Shown one piece after another: positions 57,788 to 64,000 of a stretch of 64,000 nucleotides of DNA. The notes under the pieces are model-generated. The model saw only the letters and a program-made list of their open reading frames with translations, was not told where the DNA came from and searched no databases. Location of the stretch: contig NC_042998.1 of NCBI RefSeq assembly GCF_006345805.1, positions 15,934,001 through 15,998,000 on the forward strand, given 5' to 3'. The stretch comes from Octopus sinensis. Lineage: Eukaryota. Made by a program: the position numbers and the translations under genes. Within the stretch, counting starts at the first letter, position 1. Every line of letters begins with the position of its first letter.

Positions 57788-57843
<56 letters not shown>

Positions 57844-58728
57844 GAAGAACAACTTACTTTCAAAACCATATATATGCATTTGAATGACTTTTGAGGAATT
57901 GAGAAAATTCCGTATCTAAATTTTACCATTTCATCCACATTCCGATATTCATATGTCAGCACCAGAGAGACTAAAACGAATAACACATATATTTCTTTTT
58001 GAATTTAAATCAACCGGTGGGATATAATTCACATCAGCCACATGAATAAGTCTTGTTTTCCTTGAAAACCATTCAAATATCTTAATTTGAATGCATAATC
58101 TATCAAGTAAAATTTCTGCTTTTGTTTGAAACATGAAATTTACAACTGAAAGCTATGCACTGAACTCAATTGTATTTATTTTCCACTCCAACACATCAAA
58201 GTCATAGTGGAAGAATACGAAAAAGTATATTTTTGCCTTAAATTCTCCACAGTTCTCATCGAAACAGCTGCATCCCTTCTCTGCGTGAGAGTCCAGATTT
58301 TCAAGAAAATGCAAATTTCTCTTCCTGTATCTAGTTTTCGCCAAAGGTAGCCTTAAAGAGTGAAAAAACTCCTTTTTCCTTCTCTGAAATCGTGATTTTC
58401 ACTGATAGCAACTCCGGACGTGTTACACTAGAGTATGGTACTTTCTTTTGACGCTTCAGCAAACTCATACTCGTTCCAGCATCAGATTCGTAATTCGCTT
58501 CGCTTCTCACAAGAACATTATTGTTTTTATCTTTTGTGAGAATAATGCGTTTTGCATCCTGAATATGCAGCAGAGTCGTAAAAAGCATAGTCGCAAGTTG
58601 TATTTTTATCCCAGTTTTATTCCAGAGCTGTTTCTGCAAGAAAACTACGAAACTTTAAATCACATGAGACCGATTCAAACTGTTTTTATGAATATTTCAT
58701 ACACATACATACATGTATTTTGTATATA

Positions 58729-58774
<46 letters not shown>

Positions 58775-61700
58775 GTGTGTGTATGTGTGTGTGTTTGTGC
58801 GTTTGTGTGTGTGTGTGTAAGTGTGTATTACTCTTCTACAAGTAAGGAAACTTCAGACAAGTGCCATAAATTTATTTAAAAAGAATAACAGTAACCATGC
58901 TGAATTACGTGAATATTTTGACCCTTTCCTGCAATAATACACGAAAATTGATTTTTCCTTCATAGATGTAAACGATTTGATCGATGTTAGGGGTATAACA
59001 TATATCTCCAATGTACGTATAAAGTGAAGGCAATTCAACGTTTCAGAAGGTTAAGAAAAACTGATGCACAATAATTTACACGCTATCTCACTAGGATATA
59101 TTGTACGTGGTCACTAGAGCTTTTAGAATTAGCAGCAGACCTACATTGAAATCATTTTGAATAAATTTAAATCAGCCTGGATTGGGAATAATTGGGCTCT
59201 CCTTGTACATTATCTGAGAAGACAGGAATTATTATATTAAAAAACTGGAAATGTTTGAACATTTAGGCTCAGGCAAGTTTGAAGTAATTTTAAATGACAA
59301 TAGACGGATAACTGAATCTACAAATTCCTTTCAATGCTACAAGTAGTATTTGAATGGTCCCAGAATAAGTCAACCAGTAGAAGAATATTAGCAAAATATT
59401 TTCGCTGGATATTATATCCATAGACACAAGTTACTGTGAATCTGAACATTTTGACGTGCAAAATATGTAGAAACCTATATTCCTCAACTGAAGATACTGA
59501 ATATTTCGAAAGTACTAATCGATACTCCATATAAATGTATTGACAACATCCATTCCTTCAGGCGTACGAGCAAATATATACACACTAACACACGTTATTT
59601 ATAATACAAGTCTACAAATTGAAGCCTATTCATCCATTTAGTCATATATGCATACATACCTATGCATACACATACAAATATGCGTATATGTATTGTATCT
59701 TTTATATATGATTCCGTGTCTTCGTGTATGCGACGTGCGTTTCTGAGTGTATTAATATATATTTTCTATGATTGCCGTCAGTTATTGGGATTTAAAGAGA
59801 TTACTTTCTGCTTATTTGATCCACACTTTTTGGCATAAAGTCGATATTAATAGCAAGATAATCTTTTGAGTTGATCATGTCAATTTTCAAATATTCAATA
59901 TCAATTATTTTTTTCTAAATCTATTTCTAAATGTTTTTTATATCTACATTTAGCAAATGAATATGCAGTTTTCCCAATGATTGCACTTGTATTTCTTTAC
60001 TTCTTATATCAGGATATTCCCTGTTTGAAGTGTCATTTTGCACTGAGTAATTTATCCACATCTCAGCCAAATTTCTAAATAGGTTACTGCAAATTCACAT
60101 CAACAGCACAATATAATAACTGTTCATGATTTCATTTTTTCCCCAACTGTCTGCCTTAAGGGATTCGTCCATTATAGGATAGGATTTGCTGCTTCTCTTT
60201 TACCTTGCCTGGTGTCAGAGAAATATTTCTTCATTCTGAGTTTGATTTGATATTAATTTTGGTAAAATTCTATAAAATATATCTGTCTTGCTTCAAATTT
60301 TGATCCATCAGATATCTACCTAGTAATAGTTTTGCCAATAAATTCACTATATTTTATTACTTCAATATGCTTTATTACTTCTTCATAATATAAATTTCCT
60401 TCGTTTCCCTACAATATTTATAGTTTGTTCTCCATTTCCATCTCTATTTCCGATCTTATGTTCACAGATATTCTTCCCATGGGAAGCCATTTTTATTTTA
60501 GTATTCATTTCGAATCCAATTTATAAATCAATGCAATATATTTCTATCAGATATCAAAATCTTTATTTTTTCTTTTTTTTATGTATCGTGAATTATTGCT
60601 CCTCGGAGTGGAATAAATATTTCTTTAATCTATTGCCGTCGTTAGTACAGCTTTCTAGAGATAGGTGAATCAGTGAAGCAGAACAAACCCATTACTGCAA
60701 ATCACTGTAAATCTTGATAATTTTAATTTTAATTTCAAATTGATGATGTTTGATTTATGTCTTTCTTATCAATTTTATAATTTTATTGGATTCTTATAAG
60801 AATAAAAATATAAGACCGATATTATTCTCCTCAAGTAAGCAATATTTATCATTGTTGTTATTTCCCAAAGTAGGTGATATTTTGAGATTTTACATACATT
60901 TTATTTTTAAGGAAAGGATCAACGCATACACATACTCAGTTATGTGCACACACATGAATACGCCTACTCACACATTTAAATTAAACAGTTCTTATATCTC
61001 TCTTTTAGGTTCATCAATATATCTATCTGCTATATGAAGAAATATATATATATATCTTTATACAGATATAGTCATGCATGTATCTAGATTCTAATAATCT
61101 ATGCTTGATATCATCTACTTCCATATGTATTAAAATGCTTAATTCATGCTTGAAGGAAAACGCATAATATTTATTATATAGTAAAGTACGGGTAAAAATC
61201 TATATACTTCATCTGCTTATGTGTGTTACGTTTAAGCATATATACATTTAGGTGCTGACGATTATTTTCTCATGTATGACAGTCAGCAATAAAACATGAA
61301 TATACGTGCATTTTTATGTAATCTAGGGCAGCAGAATTATAGCGGTGTCTGTCACGTATGTTATAGATACCATTGGCTTATTAATGGTGATACCGGATTA
61401 TAGTTGCTAGTAGATATCCTTGGCTTGGACAATATGTAGGATTTTGATGTTGCACATAGATTGCATATATTCATTTTCTTTATGTTTCTTCCTTGTTCTG
61501 AAATATGCTACTACCTCCGGAATTATCGATTCGTTCACTTAATCCCTACATGTTGCGCGTAAGTCGGGGACATGCAGCAAAATTCCGTCTCATATCTCGC
61601 ACTCATAGCAAACGCATATATGAGCCACAAACACTTTTATGACAAATGCTGTTCTGTTCAGAATTAAAACTCATGAATAAGGGTTATACAAATTTATGAA

Positions 61701-61856
61701 ACCGATTAATCCAGCTATTTCAATGGCTATGCTGAATCACGCAGTCAGTTATCAGTAAAATGAATACAGACTGAATTCTGGGATTTTAAAGTTATATGAT
61801 CTGCTACCCTTTCAGCTGGCTATCAAGTGCATTTATGATTATGTAAATAAAGTAAG

Positions 61857-62010
61857 TCGGTGAGCGGACAGAATCGTTAGAACGCCGAGCGAAAGGATTT
61901 GTGGCATTTCGTCTGCCGTTACGTTCTGAGTTCAACTCCTACCGAGGTCGACTTGTCCTTTAGGAGTCGATCAATTAAGTACTAGTTAAGTACTGGTGTC
62001 GAAGTAATCG
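61857..62010 (+). mobile_element. Diverged SINE type B
   Basis: cagaatcgttag...catttcgtctgccgttacgttctgagttcaa...gaggtcgac. Confidence 0.7.
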
Positions 62011-62169
62011 AATATCCTCCTTCTATAGTAGAAGGGATTACGTAACTAAAGGAGGGTATTCAGATTTTGAATCGTTTGGAAATTTCATTCCTACGTAGAA
62101 AATAATTGCATGTTCATAAACAGAGTGTATATAGTTACAGGAATATACATACACATGCAGATATCTGTT

Positions 62170-62239
<70 letters not shown>

Positions 62240-62558
62240 TATTGGTCGCGTCAGACTTTCTACAGAGGAATATTGCAAGGAATGGGTGTCCTGATGCCCC
62301 GGCGAAAACATGAGGGACACAGCAGTTTAGCCACGATCTGCCTCAAGTAACATACTAGACTGTCAATACTATACTTCTACACTCTCACACACTAACAACC
62401 CCATGAGTATATGGTGTACTTAATTTGTTTTTTAAGATGGTTCTTTTTGTTTAATTCTTTATGTGAAACGACTGTCATAATTCTCACGCAAGATAGTTAC
62501 TTCACTGTATAAAATATAATTTACTTCTTAATTTTGTACACAAAAGGTAAGTTTCCTT

Positions 62559-62692
62559 TCATTCGTGATGACTATTTCCATCGGAAGTATTAAACGGAAT
62601 CCTACTATCTGGCGTGACGCACACGGATGTTACTGTGTTGATAATGATTTCTGTTTCTACTTGAACTCGGCATCTAGTCTTTGGAACGACTT
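62559..62692 (-). CDS. Possible terminal coding exon of an unidentified gene
   Basis: Pyrimidine-rich ttccttgttgtcttgacag acceptor, then (E)VVPKTRCRVQVETEIIINTVTSVCVTPDSRIPFNTSDGNSHHE-stop. No homology recognised. Confidence 0.25.
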
Positions 62693-62983
62693 CTGTCAAG
62701 ACAACAAGGAACAGTATCAGGCATTTAAAATAACAAGATAGGAATATTATGATATTAATATCGGACATTGACTGGAGAATGGCAAATTTCGAAGGAGCTT
62801 TGGCATTGTTAGTATGTTCTTTACTCTCAATTTCCACAACACCTCACACATATTCGTTCATAGGATGAAAATCAATCTTGTGTGGAAGCCACAATCTCGA
62901 TCTTACATGTTCGGAAATCGTCTCTGCTTATGTGCAGTTTGTAATAATAATAATAATTATATATATATATATATATAATATAT

Positions 62984-63017
<34 letters not shown>

Positions 63018-63658
63018 CATACATACATAGATACATACATAAATACATACATAAATACATACATGCATACATACATATATGTGCATGCATGCTGGATGTT
63101 CATTGACACGGCGTAAGAAAGAGAAAATATATTTACATGCATGGATATAGTGGATAAATATATTTTTCAGAAAATCCATGTTATCAGTATAAGAGTAGGA
63201 TTTCAAATATTTGTTGTTCTACAAGGCATGCTCTGTCTACCTAAGTGATGCTTACATTTTTTTTTTCGTTTTTATAATTGTACATAGAACTCATTTAATT
63301 TAAGTATGGTGCATTTTGAACGTGCGGCTATGTTTCCTTATATCAAAGTGTGCCTCATGGATTGTCGCTGTGTATCGCAAGAGTTAAAAACGCAGATTAA
63401 TCTTGTAGTTCACATACAATATCATTCTTATGATAATCTATATTCACAGTAAAAGGAAACTGAGATAAAAAGTACAGAATCACATAAACACATATGTACA
63501 CATATGTATGTGTCTGTTTGTGTCTGTTTGTGTCTGTGTCTGGATGTTTGTATGCGAGTGTGTGTATCTATGTATCTATATATATATGTATACCCGTTTC
63601 TAAGTTTCCATGAGCGAGAAATGAAAATCAGAGTGAATATTCAAGATTTAATTTCTTC

Positions 63659-63717
<59 letters not shown>

Positions 63718-64000
63718 ATTAATTTGGAAAAACATCTGGAATTGTAAAATTTCACTTTACATATTCGTAAGTAATCAGGCAAAATAATCGTTTGAACAAG
63801 GATATAGAGGAAAAAACAGTTCGTTTATATTGACGAGATTATGGTGTCAGAGAATGTTCGACGTCACTAAATTTATATAAAAAAATACATTATGTTTCAA
63901 TTTACACTTCAACAAATTTCTACAAACTTTTGAAGACAATCTATCATAGATAGAAACAGTCGCAATATGTATATATACATATATATATATATATTATATA

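Larger units (their letters stand above)
50936..57790. repeat. ~560-bp tandem array with one hammerhead per complete unit, interrupted and partly inverted
   Basis: Forward unit starts at 50936, 51493, 52053 (partial), 54328, 54889, 55445, 56006. Inverted units at 56547-56764 (partial), 56765-57323, 57324-57790. Confidence 0.95.

Noticed and set aside
50936-57790. CRISPR-like array
   Set aside because: Eukaryotic context. Whole 560-bp units repeat with no unique spacers.
62286-62320. GTGTC CTGATG...CGAAA ACATG..GACAC hammerhead-like pattern
   Set aside because: A9 and the NUH triplet are missing and stem II cannot form. At best a very old relic.

Overview
AT-rich, microsatellite-dense eukaryotic DNA. 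The SINE, transposon and (TA)n/(GATA)n repertoire looks like a cephalopod (Octopus-like) genome; this is inference from repeat content. No intact protein-coding gene is supportable. Most listed ORFs are translated microsatellites or transposon fossils. Recognisable elements: a decayed Penelope-like retroelement (RT + GIY-YIG, 3995-5281) between ~1-kb inverted arms; tRNA-derived SINEs of three types; Tc1/mariner fossils; a hAT-like (HWDGK/CRHH-type) transposase fossil; and a non-autonomous Helitron. The most interesting signal is RNA-level. The window contains at least 11 minimal type I hammerhead ribozyme (HHR) motifs with palindromic stem III, from three sequence families. Eight lie one per unit in a ~560-bp tandem array (50936-57790) that also contains a 2-kb inserted duplication and an internal inversion. 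Two sit back to back in a 320-bp palindrome (12641-12962), and one is solitary (43420-43467). Several more degenerate cores are scattered. All folds were done by eye; activity is untested.
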